Of a stretch of DNA of 64,000 nucleotides, positions 46,652 to 57,296 are shown in pieces (the first letter of the stretch is position 1; every line of letters starts with the position of its first letter). Source of the DNA: an uncultured Alphaproteobacteria bacterium (GTDB lineage Bacteria > Pseudomonadota > Alphaproteobacteria > Rs-D84); the NCBI GenBank assembly GCA_947646585.1, contig CANSHD010000002.1:136997-200996 (forward strand), read 5' to 3'. A program made the position numbers and the translations under genes. A model generated the notes under the pieces. That model worked only from the letters and a program-made list of their open reading frames with translations. It ran no database searches and was not told the DNA's origin.

Positions 46652-49270
46652 ATGTTAAACGTTATTAGTAAATTTTTGGGCTCGGCCAATGACAGACTGG
46701 TAAAGTCATATGACAAGACTGTGTCCCTGATTAACGATTTGGAGCCGAAATATCACGCGATGAGCGATGATGAACTGCGTGCCCAGACAGCGGAGCTGCG
46801 CGCGCGTCTGGCGGCCGGCGAAAAAGAGAAAAACATATTGCCCGATGCGTTCGCTTTGGTTCGCGAAGGCGCCCTGCGTGCGGTCGGCATGCGCCACTTT
46901 AATGTTCAGATGATTGGCGGCATGGTTCTGACCAACGGCCAGATTGCGGAAATGAAAACCGGTGAAGGTAAAACACTGGTTGCGACGCTGGCGCTGTTTT
47001 TAAAGGCGCTGCACGGCAAGGGGGCGCACCTGATTACCGTCAACGACTATCTGGCGTCGCGCGACGCGGAATGGATGGGGCGCGTGTATAAGTTTTTGGG
47101 GCTGTCCATCGGCATTATTCAGCACGACATGTCCGATGACGAGCGCCGTGCGGCATATGCATGCGATATAACGTATGTGACAAATTCCGAACTGGGTTTT
47201 GACTATCTGCGCGATAATATGAAATTCTCCAAAGACCAGCAGGTTCTGCGGCCCCTGTTCTTTGCGATTGTCGACGAGGTTGACAGCATTTTGATTGACG
47301 AGGCCCGCACGCCCCTGATTATTTCCGGCCCGGCCGAGGATACCAGCGAACTGTATGCAAAGGTTGACGCGGTTGTCGCACAGCTGGGGGCGGACGATTT
47401 CAAGAAAGATGAAAAAGACCGTCATGTTACATTGACCGAGGCCGGTGTCGATAACGCGACGCGTATGCTGAAAGAAGCGGGGCTGCTGGTCGGCGACAAT
47501 TTGTATGCGTCGGAAAACGCGACACTGGTCATGCATATTCAGCAGTCGCTGCTGGCGCATCATTTGTATCAGAAAAACGTAAACTATGTTGTGCGTGGTG
47601 GCGAAATTTTGATTGTTGATGAATTTACAGGCCGTGTTATGACGGGGCGCCGTTTCGGCAAAGGACTGCACCAGGCGATAGAGGCCAAAGAGCATGTGAC
47701 GGTTCAGCCGGAAAATCAGACGGTATCCAGCATTTCGTATCAGAACCTGTTCCGTTTGTATCCGACATTGTCCGGTATGACCGGTACGGCTATGACCGAG
47801 GCGGCGGAGTTTGAAGAAATTTACAAGCTGCGCGTTGTGTCCATTCCGACAAACCGTCCGGTTGCACGTATCGACCATCATGACGAAATATACCGCAACA
47901 AGGATGAAAAATATGCGGCGATTGTAAAGCAGATAAAGGAATGTCTGGATAGGAAACAGCCCGTTTTGGTCGGTACGGTGTCGATTGAAAAATCCGAAGA
48001 ACTGGCGGCGGTGGTTCGCAAAGAACTGCATATAGAGCCGGCGGTTCTGAACGCAAAGCATCACCAGTCGGAGGCAAAAATCGTATCCCAGGCGGGTGCG
48101 CCGGGCGCGGTTACGATTGCGACAAATATGGCTGGCCGCGGAACCGACATTAAGCTGGGCGGTAATGCGGAAGAGCTGATTGCGGAGCTGGACCCGCAGG
48201 CGCCGGATTTTGAAGAAAAAAAGAAAGAAATCTATGCGCGTATAGAGGCCAACAAGAAACTGGTTTTGGATGTCGGCGGTCTGTATGTTATCGGTACAGA
48301 GCGTCATGAGTCGCGCCGTATCGACAACCAGCTGCGCGGACGCGCGGGACGCCAGGGCGACCCGGGCGATTCCAAGTTCTTTTTGGCGCTGGACGACGAT
48401 TTGATGCGCATATTCGGCGCGGCGCGTCTGAACGGAATGTTAACGACGCTGGGGCTGAAGACGGGCGAGGCAATCACGCACCCGTGGATAACGAAGGCGC
48501 TGGAAAAGGCGCAAAAGCGTGTCGAGGCCCGTTATTTCGAATCTCGTAAAGAATTGCTGAAATACGACGACGTTATGAACGAACAGCGCGGCGTTATCTA
48601 TAAACAGCGCGATGATTTGATGACGTCTGAAGATTTGGCGCCGTTATCGCGAGAGTTAATCGGCGACGTGGTTGAAATGATTTGCGAAAACAACATTCCG
48701 GAAAAGTCCCATCCGATGGATTGGAATACGGCCGGAATACACGACGCAATGCTGCGCACGTTCGCGCTGGATATAACGGATATTGAAAACTGGAAGACGG
48801 ACGAATCCATTTCCGAGCGCAAGGCGTACGATGTTCTGTACAACCTGGCGATGCGTCGCTTTGACGGCCAGGCGACCAAATACGGCCGCGAATTGATGCA
48901 GACGGCGTCGCGCCAGATGATGCTGGGGGCGCTGGACGCGGTGTGGAAACGTCATCTGCAGCAGATGGACTATCTGCAGACGGCAATTGGCCTGCGCGGA
49001 TACGCCCAGAAAAACCCGCTGTATGAATACAAGCGCGAGGCGCTGGAGCTGTTCAAAAACACAATCAAGAACTTTAAGATTATGTCGGTTGCGTATATCT
49101 GCCGGATGGAGTTAACGCGCGAGGATGTCGATGCCCGTCAGCAGGAACAGGCCCAGCATGACGCGGCACTGAATGCGGCCGGCGCCGCGGCGGCGGAATC
49201 GCGCCGGAATGCGCCCTGCCCGTGCGGTTCCGGGTTAAAGTACAAGCATTGTTGCGGCAAGCTTAGCTAA
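46652..49270 (+). CDS. secA: Preprotein translocase ATPase SecA
   Basis: MLNVISKFLGSANDRLVK... C-terminal zinc finger CPCGSGLKYKHCCG. Confidence 0.95.
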   Translation: MLNVISKFLGSANDRLVKSYDKTVSLINDLEPKYHAMSDDELRAQTAELRARLAAGEKEKNILPDAFALVREGALRAVGMRHFNVQMIGGMVLTNGQIAEMKTGEGKTLVATLALFLKALHGKGAHLITVNDYLASRDAEWMGRVYKFLGLSIGIIQHDMSDDERRAAYACDITYVTNSELGFDYLRDNMKFSKDQQVLRPLFFAIVDEVDSILIDEARTPLIISGPAEDTSELYAKVDAVVAQLGADDFKKDEKDRHVTLTEAGVDNATRMLKEAGLLVGDNLYASENATLVMHIQQSLLAHHLYQKNVNYVVRGGEILIVDEFTGRVMTGRRFGKGLHQAIEAKEHVTVQPENQTVSSISYQNLFRLYPTLSGMTGTAMTEAAEFEEIYKLRVVSIPTNRPVARIDHHDEIYRNKDEKYAAIVKQIKECLDRKQPVLVGTVSIEKSEELAAVVRKELHIEPAVLNAKHHQSEAKIVSQAGAPGAVTIATNMAGRGTDIKLGGNAEELIAELDPQAPDFEEKKKEIYARIEANKKLVLDVGGLYVIGTERHESRRIDNQLRGRAGRQGDPGDSKFFLALDDDLMRIFGAARLNGMLTTLGLKTGEAITHPWITKALEKAQKRVEARYFESRKELLKYDDVMNEQRGVIYKQRDDLMTSEDLAPLSRELIGDVVEMICENNIPEKSHPMDWNTAGIHDAMLRTFALDITDIENWKTDESISERKAYDVLYNLAMRRFDGQATKYGRELMQTASRQMMLGALDAVWKRHLQQMDYLQTAIGLRGYAQKNPLYEYKREALELFKNTIKNFKIMSVAYICRMELTREDVDARQQEQAQHDAALNAAGAAAAESRRNAPCPCGSGLKYKHCCGKLS

Positions 49271-49385
49271 ACAAACAGCCCCCTTTTTACGGGGGCTGTT
49301 TGTTTATGTGGCTGTCAATCAAAAAATCGTATTTTTATAAAATATATGGTTGCCCCGGCGGGGCATTTTTTGCTATTTTTGCGAC

Positions 49386-52300
49386 ATGGAAAATCAATTC
49401 GTACATCTTCGCACTCATTCACGTTTTTCCGTTGGAAACGGAACCCTTACCATTAAGGCGATTCCAAAGCTGTGTGCGGCGGCCGGCATGACGGCGTGCG
49501 CGCTGACCGACACAAACATGATGTCGGGGGCGGCCGAGTTTTCAGATGTTATGCCCTCAAACAAGCTGCAGCCGATTATCGGCATAGAAATTTCTTTGAA
49601 CCACCATACGGCCGACCCAAAAATTTTACGGATGGAGTCGCTGTCGCGCATCGTGCTGCTGGCCCAGAATCACGAGGGGTATCTGAACCTGTGCGAGCTT
49701 AGCCGTATTATGTACATGCGCGGCGAAAATCATCATCTGGGGCCGTATATTTCATGGGATGAACTGGCAACGCACAGCGCCGGTCTGATTTGCCTGTCGG
49801 GGGCGCATACGGGGCCGCTGGGGATGGCGCTGCTGAATAATCAGGAGGCCGCCGCGCGCACATATGCCGTGCGCATGACAGAGGTATTCGGCGACCGTTT
49901 TTATATCGAGATTCAGCGTCACGGTCTGGAACCGGAAATAAAGACGGAACCAGGGTTCTTGAAAATCGCGCGTGATTTAAATATTCCGATTGTCGCGACA
50001 AACGACACGTGTTTTGCCGCCGACAGCGATTATGAGGCCGCCGACGCGTTAAGCTGCGTTCTGGGCCAGACCAAGGTTATCGACCCGTCGCGTCCGCGCA
50101 AATCGTCCGAACAATATTTCAAATCGCCCGAACAGATGGCGGAGCTGTTTTCAGATTTGCCCGAGGCGGTGGAAAATACGGTTATAATATCCCAGCGTTG
50201 CGGCTTTATGGTAAATGTTCATGAAAAGCCCCTGCTGCCGCGTTTTGGTGACGACTTGGAGACCGAGTGCCAGATGCTGCGTGACAACACGATGAACGGT
50301 CTGGCCGAGCGGTTGAAACAGCATAACATTACTGACACCAAACCATATTACGAGCAGGCGGAATTTGAGCTGCAGGTTATTATCGGCATGGGATTTCCGG
50401 GATACTTTCTAATCGTTGCCGATTATATCGAATGGTGCCGCAAGAACGACGTTTTGACCGGTCCGGGTCGCGGTTCCGGTGCGGGTTCCATTGTGGCGTG
50501 GGCGCTGGGTATCACCCACGTTGACCCGTTAAAGTACGGCTTGCTGTTCGAGCGATTCTTGAACCCCGACCGTATATCCATGCCCGACTTTGACGTTGAC
50601 TTTGAACCGACGGGTATCGAGCGCGTTTTGGCATATATCTGCGACAAATACGGCCATGATTCCGTGTGCCGAATCATCACGTTCGGCAGCCTTCAGGCAC
50701 GCGGCGCAATTCGTGATATCGGCCGCGTATACAGCATGCCCTATTCCAAGTCGGACCGCCTGTCAAAGCTGATACCGCAGGATGCAAAAACACTGAAAGA
50801 CGCAGTGGGTTCATCCAGTGAAATACAGGAAATTCTGGACAATGACGAGGATATGAACAAAGTTGTCCGCGTTGCCGAGGAGTTGGAAGGCAGTCTGCGA
50901 AACCTGGGCCAGCATGCGTGCGGCGTTGTTATCGGCGACCGTCCGACGACACAAATTGCGCCCGTTTACCGTGACCCGGCCAACCCGTTGCCGTCGTGCC
51001 AGTTCGACGGTCATTATCTGGAATCGGCGGGACTTATCAAGTTCGACTTTTTGGGATTGGAAACGCTGGTCGTGCTGAAATACGCGACGCGCCTGATTCA
51101 GCAGACGCGCGGAATCAACATCGACCTGGACAAGATTCCGACAGACGACGCAAAAACAATGAAATTGTGGCAGGCGGGTTTGACAGAAGGCATATTCCAA
51201 TTCGATGCCCCGTTTGTTCAGCAGACCCTGCGCAAGATGCGACCGACCAGCTTTTTGGAAATATCGGCGCTGAACGCATTGAACCGTCCGGGGCCCATCG
51301 CATTTATTCCACAGTTTATCGCCCGTATGCACGGCGAGGAACCGATTGAGTATGTTCACCCAAAGGCGGAGCCGATTCTTAAAGAATCATACGGAATTAT
51401 CGTTTACCAGGAACAGGTTATGATGCTGACGCGTGCCTTGGCCGGGTTTACGCGCGGCCAGTCCGATACCGTGCGCAAGGCCATGGGTAAAAAGAAGCTG
51501 GACCTGCTGGCGCAGTTGGAGGTCAAGTTTTTGGACGGCTGTGAACAGGAGCAAACCTTGGACCGTGCGACGGCAAAAGATTTATGGGAAAAGTTCAAGG
51601 AATTTGCAAAATACGCGTTTAACAAATCGCACGCGATTGCGTATTCCATCGTTGCGAACCAGTGCGCGTATCTGAAAGCGAATTACACGCCGGAATTTTT
51701 GGCGGCGTCCATGTCCAGTAATCTAAATGACACGGACCAGCTGTCGGTGTTTGTGGATGATGCCAAATCAAACTTTAACATTGCAATCGTTGCGCCCGAT
51801 ATTAACAAGAGCGAGTCGCTGTTCACCGTTCAAAACGGGAAGATAGTTTACGGTCTGGCCGCGATTAAGGGGGTCGGAACCGCCGCGACCGACGCCATTG
51901 TCGCCGAAAGAAACGCCAATGGAAAATTTAAAAACCTAACCGATTTCGCAAAGCGCTGTGCGCCGATTGTGAACAAAAGAATTTTGGAGGCTTTTGCCAA
52001 GGTCGGCGTTCTTGATTCGCTGGAGCCGAACCGCGCGGCGATATACATGAACGCCGACGCAATATTGTCTTATGCGTCCAAATCACGTGACGGCGGGAAC
52101 ACGCTGTCGCTGTTTGCAAACACGGTCGAAGACGACGTGGCCGAAGACCGCCTGCGCAAGAATCTGCCAAAGACGGCGCCGTGGACTTTCTCGCAGCGTC
52201 TGGAAAACGAATTGTCGGCGCTGGGGTTCTATATTTCCGCGCATCCGTTGGACCAGTACAAGCATTTGATTCAGTGCGCCGGAATCGCAACCAGCGCGAC

Positions 52301-52796
52301 CCTGGAAAATATGGGCGACAGAAAACCGGTACAGATTGCCGTAAATGCTGGCTCTTTTTCGCGGCGCCGCACCAAGACCGGCAAGGATATGATTACAATC
52401 GCCGCCACCGACAGTTACGGCAATATTGACGCGGTGGCGTTCGGCGAATCCGCGGCGGCGTTTGCACAGATACTGTCGGCCGACAACGTGGTGCTGATTT
52501 CCGGCAAGACGTCCGTGCGCGACGACCGTGTGTCGATATTTGTGGATTCGATAACACCGCTGAACCAGTGGGTGGCGAAAATCGCAAACAAAATAACGCT
52601 GGACATATGGGACGGCTCTACGCTGCCCGATGTTAAAAAGGTGCTGGGCGGCCTGGGGCGTGGCCGCGTTCGGGTTCAGTTGAACCTGCATACGGGGGAT
52701 AAAATTGCGACGCTGGCCCTGCCCGGCGGCGTGGAGCTGGGTGACAATACGGCGTCGGACCTGATAGGACTTGGGGTAAAGGTTGAAATAGAATGA
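49386..52796 (+). CDS. dnaE: DNA polymerase III alpha subunit
   Basis: MENQFVHLRTHSRFSVGNG (PHP domain), about 1136 aa. Confidence 0.95.
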   Translation: MENQFVHLRTHSRFSVGNGTLTIKAIPKLCAAAGMTACALTDTNMMSGAAEFSDVMPSNKLQPIIGIEISLNHHTADPKILRMESLSRIVLLAQNHEGYLNLCELSRIMYMRGENHHLGPYISWDELATHSAGLICLSGAHTGPLGMALLNNQEAAARTYAVRMTEVFGDRFYIEIQRHGLEPEIKTEPGFLKIARDLNIPIVATNDTCFAADSDYEAADALSCVLGQTKVIDPSRPRKSSEQYFKSPEQMAELFSDLPEAVENTVIISQRCGFMVNVHEKPLLPRFGDDLETECQMLRDNTMNGLAERLKQHNITDTKPYYEQAEFELQVIIGMGFPGYFLIVADYIEWCRKNDVLTGPGRGSGAGSIVAWALGITHVDPLKYGLLFERFLNPDRISMPDFDVDFEPTGIERVLAYICDKYGHDSVCRIITFGSLQARGAIRDIGRVYSMPYSKSDRLSKLIPQDAKTLKDAVGSSSEIQEILDNDEDMNKVVRVAEELEGSLRNLGQHACGVVIGDRPTTQIAPVYRDPANPLPSCQFDGHYLESAGLIKFDFLGLETLVVLKYATRLIQQTRGINIDLDKIPTDDAKTMKLWQAGLTEGIFQFDAPFVQQTLRKMRPTSFLEISALNALNRPGPIAFIPQFIARMHGEEPIEYVHPKAEPILKESYGIIVYQEQVMMLTRALAGFTRGQSDTVRKAMGKKKLDLLAQLEVKFLDGCEQEQTLDRATAKDLWEKFKEFAKYAFNKSHAIAYSIVANQCAYLKANYTPEFLAASMSSNLNDTDQLSVFVDDAKSNFNIAIVAPDINKSESLFTVQNGKIVYGLAAIKGVGTAATDAIVAERNANGKFKNLTDFAKRCAPIVNKRILEAFAKVGVLDSLEPNRAAIYMNADAILSYASKSRDGGNTLSLFANTVEDDVAEDRLRKNLPKTAPWTFSQRLENELSALGFYISAHPLDQYKHLIQCAGIATSATLENMGDRKPVQIAVNAGSFSRRRTKTGKDMITIAATDSYGNIDAVAFGESAAAFAQILSADNVVLISGKTSVRDDRVSIFVDSITPLNQWVAKIANKITLDIWDGSTLPDVKKVLGGLGRGRVRVQLNLHTGDKIATLALPGGVELGDNTASDLIGLGVKVEIE

Positions 52797-53641
52797 CGAA
52801 ACATATTCCCGTTTTATTGGGCGATGTTATGGCGGCGCTGGGGGATGTTCGCGGCATGCGCATAATTGATGCGACATTCGGCGCCGGCGGATATACGCGT
52901 GCGTTTTTGGACGCCGGGGCGGATGTGACGGCGTTCGACCGCGACCCGCATGTGGCGGATGATGCGGCGGCCGTGGCGAAAGAATACGGCGCGCGCTTTA
53001 CGTTTATTCCGCGGCCCTTTTCAGCAATGGCTGACTTGACCGGCGAGTATGATGCGATTGTTTTTGATTTGGGCATTTCGTCCATGCAGATTGATATTGC
53101 GGACCGCGGTTTCTCATTTCGCGCCGACGGGCCGCTGGACATGCGCATGTCCGGCAACGGGGACAGTGCGGCCGATTTGATTGCGAATACGGATGTGGCG
53201 GAGATGGCCCGGATTTTGCGTGACTATGGCGATATAAAAAAAGCCCCCGCATTGGCGCGTGCAATTCGTGATGCGCGGCCCCGTACGACCATGGAACTGC
53301 GCGACCTTATTTACAATCCGCGTGATATCGCGCCGGTGTTTCAGGCCCTGCGCATTGCGGTAAACGATGAAATGGGTGAGGTTCAGCGGGCGCTGGCCGC
53401 CGTGCCGAAATTGTTGCGCGTGGGGGGAAAATGCATTTGTGTGACGTTTCATTCGCTGGAGGACAGAATTGTAAAAAACACATTTCGCGCGTGGACGACC
53501 GCGCCCGGCGACCCGCGCATGCCGGTTGTTGCCGCGGCGCCGTTTTCGGCGATTGCGCCAAAGACGCCGGCGGCGGCCGAGTTGGCGCAAAATCCGCGTG
53601 CGCGCAGTGCGCACATGCGCGGCGTTATAAAATCATATTGA
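52793..53641 (+). CDS. rsmH: 16S rRNA (cytosine1402-N4)-methyltransferase
   Basis: HIPVLLGDVMAAL...IDATFGAGGYTRAFL. Overlaps the dnaE stop by 4 bp. Confidence 0.9.
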   Translation: MTKHIPVLLGDVMAALGDVRGMRIIDATFGAGGYTRAFLDAGADVTAFDRDPHVADDAAAVAKEYGARFTFIPRPFSAMADLTGEYDAIVFDLGISSMQIDIADRGFSFRADGPLDMRMSGNGDSAADLIANTDVAEMARILRDYGDIKKAPALARAIRDARPRTTMELRDLIYNPRDIAPVFQALRIAVNDEMGEVQRALAAVPKLLRVGGKCICVTFHSLEDRIVKNTFRAWTTAPGDPRMPVVAAAPFSAIAPKTPAAAELAQNPRARSAHMRGVIKSY

Positions 53642-53703
53642 CGGGGCGACGGCATATTTTGTACGATTTGCTAAATACTATGAAAGGAAAGGATTTTAGG
53701 GTT

Positions 53704-54213
53704 ATGAAAAAGTCTTTATTGACCGCATTCTCGGCATTTGTGATGGCGATTTTGACTCTGCCGGCGGCGTGGGCCGTATGCCCGGTATGCACGGTTGCCG
53801 TCGGTGCCGGACTTGAAGGGGCGCGCCTGCTAGGGGTGGATGATGTGATAACCGGAATTTGGGCCGGCGGGCTGACGCTGTCGCTGTTTTTCTGGACGGC
53901 CGGCTGGCTGAAAAAGCGCGGTGTGACCAGTGTCTGGTTGCAGATTGTCGCGCCGCTGGTCGTATGCTATGGCCTGCTGGCGGCGGTGTATCTGATGCCG
54001 GGCGTGACGTTTGGCGCCCAGACCTTGTGGGGTGTTGACAAGTTCCTGCTGGGCATCATTGTCGGTACGGTGGCGTTTTATCTGGGCGCGCGCTGGTACA
54101 TTAAAATAAAGCGCGACAATGGCGGACACGCACGCTTTCCGTTTCAGAAAGTGATTGTGCCGTTGAGCTTTTTGCTGGTCGCAACGGTTGTGTTCTGGCT
54201 GATAACGAAATAA
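53704..54213 (+). CDS. Hypothetical polytopic membrane protein with a CPVC motif
   Basis: Start taken at MKKSLLTAF. Four or five TM segments. Confidence 0.5.
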   Translation: MKKSLLTAFSAFVMAILTLPAAWAVCPVCTVAVGAGLEGARLLGVDDVITGIWAGGLTLSLFFWTAGWLKKRGVTSVWLQIVAPLVVCYGLLAAVYLMPGVTFGAQTLWGVDKFLLGIIVGTVAFYLGARWYIKIKRDNGGHARFPFQKVIVPLSFLLVATVVFWLITK

Positions 54214-54231
54214 AAATTAGAGGTATATATC

Positions 54232-54855
54232 ATGAAACGTACAAGCACAAAGAAACCGGCGGCAAAAAAGCTGACGCTGGAAGAATTGGTTGAACAGGCC
54301 GATGCGGCAAAAAAAGTCAATCCGCTGGATTTGTCCTCGGACCAGGACTTGTCCATCGCGCTGATGAATCTTATTTCGTTGGAAGAACACTTTTTCTTCA
54401 GCGGCGCCAAGACCCGCAAGACAGGCTTTTATGACATGATTAACACCGTTCGTGAAATGCGCAAGGAGCTGATGGAACGTATCGTTCAGAAATCCAGTGC
54501 GGAAAACGGCGAAGTTTGGTGCATATCCAAGCATCTGTTGGCGGCCTCTATGCGGCTGATGGAGGTTGGCACAAAGGCCTTGGGCGCCGGTAATACAAAG
54601 GACGCATACGCCATGTTTGATAAGGCGTACGACCTGTATTCCCTGTTCTGGGGGATTAACATGAATTTAATTGATTTGACCGGGGTTCAGCAGGCCGTGC
54701 CGGAATTCTATGCCGGCGCGACAAAGGAGTGCAAGCTGAAATCCGCGGCAAATCCGGTGGCCGCCACGGACGCGGCCGATGCAGGCGCTTCGAAATCGAC
54801 GGTTCGCCGTTTGGGCAACTGGGTTAAAAATGCGGTGAATTGCTGTATAGAATAA
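54232..54855 (+). CDS. Hypothetical cytoplasmic protein (207 aa)
   Basis: No motif recognised. Good coding character. Confidence 0.45.
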   Translation: MKRTSTKKPAAKKLTLEELVEQADAAKKVNPLDLSSDQDLSIALMNLISLEEHFFFSGAKTRKTGFYDMINTVREMRKELMERIVQKSSAENGEVWCISKHLLAASMRLMEVGTKALGAGNTKDAYAMFDKAYDLYSLFWGINMNLIDLTGVQQAVPEFYAGATKECKLKSAANPVAATDAADAGASKSTVRRLGNWVKNAVNCCIE

Positions 54856-54885
54856 AAATTCGGTATTGATTCCGTTTGCCGAAAC

Positions 54886-57279
54886 GTGATAGAATACCAG
54901 CAGAGAGATGTAAGTTTGAGCATTTGTTCTGCGCAAATTTTTAAAGTTTCATTGTTTGTTGCGGCATTGATTGGCGGCGGCAATGCCTTTGCTGCCCAGG
55001 CGCCCAATCCGCGCGGCGGTGCGGCATCGGCCACAACAGCGACGGCCAGTGCGCGTACCGACGGCCGTGATGTGCGTCGCGGCTCCGTTCAACAGGCGCC
55101 GTCCGCAACCGTATCACGCAGTGCGACGCGGCGTCCGGCCACAACGGTTGTTCGCACCGCCACGGGCAAGACGTCAAGCGCGGCGTCGAATGTTTCGGCG
55201 CGCAGTGCGACGGCGACACCGCGTACGGCGGTATCCGCGACAACGGCAACGCATACAACGGCGGGACGCGCCGCGTCATCGAATGTTGTACGCAGCGCCA
55301 CCGGCGCATCGTCTGCGCGCAGCGCAACGACCGCGAACGTATCGCGTGCGGCAACGGCGCGTGCGACGGCGGTGTTTGAGGATATTTCGGCCATCGGCGG
55401 CGGATACGCCGCATGCCGCGAGGCGTATGCCACATGCATGGACCAGTTTTGCGCCAAGGCGAACGATACGTATCGCCGCTGTTATTGCAGTTCCAAATTT
55501 ACGGAATTTCGTGACACGGAAAACGCCCTGGAGCAGGCAAAGACCCTGTTGATGCAGTTTGAGGATAATAATCTGAACGCCGTTGACAAGACCGCGGCTG
55601 AGGTCAATGCAATGTACAGCGCCACGGTCGGCGAATTGGCGATTAAAAAGGATACCAGTGCGGCCGCAAACACGCTGAATGAAATCGGCGACCTGTTGTC
55701 GGGAAAGAAAAAGGCCACAACATCCAACAGCTCGACAACGTCTTTGGGTATCATGTCGTTTGATTTTACCGAAGATGTCGATGACATATGGTCCGGCGGC
55801 GGCAGTTCTATATTCAATACCTCGTCGGGCGAGGATTTAAGCCAGCTGGAGGGCCAGAAACTGTATGATTCCGCCAATTCACAGTGCTTAAAGATTATTG
55901 CGGAATCGTGCGAAAACAACGCGGTCTTAACAATGGCGCGCAGTGCGTACAACATCCTGATAACCCAGGACTGCAACGCATATGAAAAGAAAATAAACAA
56001 TCAAAAGGAAGCGGTAAAGCAGACCGTGCGCCAGGCGGAAAAGATTTTGCGCGATGCGCGTCTGGAGGAATATCGTGCGCATAATTCCGCAGACGTTAAC
56101 GAATGTTTGGACAAGGTTCGCACCGCCCTGACCCAGGATACGGCATGTGGCGCCAACTATAAAAGATGTTTGGACTACAGCGGCGTTTATATCGAACAGA
56201 ATACCGGCGACCCGATTTACAGCCCTCGCCTGTTCCAGCTGGTTGAACAGATAAATCTGGACGGCTCGTCGGACGTTCTGGGGCGGAACGCACAATTCAA
56301 CCAGTTCCTTGATTCAAAGAAAATGTTTGCGACAACCGCGCTGGATTCATGCCGCGATATTTCCGACATCGTTTGGACCGAATTTAAGCGCAGCGCCCTG
56401 ATTGAAATCGCCCAGGCCCAGGACGCCAAGATAGAAGAAGTAAAGATGTCGTGCGTCAGCACGATGGCCGACTGCTATGACACACAGTCGAACGCCCTGA
56501 AAAGCTTTGACAACACGACGTCACAGTATTCCGGTGCAACCGCCGCATACGCCGCGCGCACCATGTGCCAGGACAAGGTTGCCGCATGCGCCGCATTATA
56601 TGCGGGACCGAACGATGTCCAGTGCCAGTTTGACGCCAACGGTCGCCTGACAAACGGTGCGGTATGCGGTTTGACGGCGTTGGTCAGCTTTGTGCAGACG
56701 GTTGACGACGTTCGTGTGGCCGAGGGGTGCGCGACGGCGCTGGAGAACAAGCTGAAAGATACGTGCACGCCGCAAACCGGCGACAAGGGATATCCGTGGA
56801 ATTGCCGCGGCATGTCGGCCAGCCAATTGCGCGCCACCGTTCAGCAATATGCGCAAATGTATTGCGCCGACCCAACAACGCAGACTTTGGCGGCGGAAAC
56901 GGAATCGACCGTAAACAAGACCGTTCAGGACCTGTATGAAGAGCTGGACTATCAGTTGATGGAGGCCTGTGAAGAGGTTGACGGATACTGGCTGGATAAC
57001 GATGCCACGATGCCGGACGGCGTATCGGGCAAGTTGGTTACGGCGTTTTATTCGAACACGTTTGGCGGGCGCCAGGGTGCGGACGAACTGTCGTGGGGCC
57101 AGTGTGTCCAGAATGACACGATGATTCAGTGCCTGTCGTACAATGGCGACAAAGACGAGCCTGTTGCGACATACGACAGAAACAAGGACGAATGCACATT
57201 TACCGATGCGTGGTATGAAAATCACTGCACGCTGATGAACGGTTATTATGAAGGCGGCATCTGCTATGTTGCGCCATAA
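54886..57279 (+). CDS. Large secreted Thr/Ala/Arg/Ser-rich plus Cys-rich protein. Paralog of 4923..7553.
   Basis: Non-ATG start (GTG at 54886, or TTG at 54915). Low-complexity region ARSATATPRTAVSATTATHTT... Shared motif CREAYATCMDQFC...YRRCYCS. Confidence 0.7.
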   Translation: MIEYQQRDVSLSICSAQIFKVSLFVAALIGGGNAFAAQAPNPRGGAASATTATASARTDGRDVRRGSVQQAPSATVSRSATRRPATTVVRTATGKTSSAASNVSARSATATPRTAVSATTATHTTAGRAASSNVVRSATGASSARSATTANVSRAATARATAVFEDISAIGGGYAACREAYATCMDQFCAKANDTYRRCYCSSKFTEFRDTENALEQAKTLLMQFEDNNLNAVDKTAAEVNAMYSATVGELAIKKDTSAAANTLNEIGDLLSGKKKATTSNSSTTSLGIMSFDFTEDVDDIWSGGGSSIFNTSSGEDLSQLEGQKLYDSANSQCLKIIAESCENNAVLTMARSAYNILITQDCNAYEKKINNQKEAVKQTVRQAEKILRDARLEEYRAHNSADVNECLDKVRTALTQDTACGANYKRCLDYSGVYIEQNTGDPIYSPRLFQLVEQINLDGSSDVLGRNAQFNQFLDSKKMFATTALDSCRDISDIVWTEFKRSALIEIAQAQDAKIEEVKMSCVSTMADCYDTQSNALKSFDNTTSQYSGATAAYAARTMCQDKVAACAALYAGPNDVQCQFDANGRLTNGAVCGLTALVSFVQTVDDVRVAEGCATALENKLKDTCTPQTGDKGYPWNCRGMSASQLRATVQQYAQMYCADPTTQTLAAETESTVNKTVQDLYEELDYQLMEACEEVDGYWLDNDATMPDGVSGKLVTAFYSNTFGGRQGADELSWGQCVQNDTMIQCLSYNGDKDEPVATYDRNKDECTFTDAWYENHCTLMNGYYEGGICYVAP

Positions 57280-57296
57280 CAAAATATGGAACGGAT

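Noticed and set aside
47000-48307. 435-aa minus ORF
   Set aside because: Antisense to secA.
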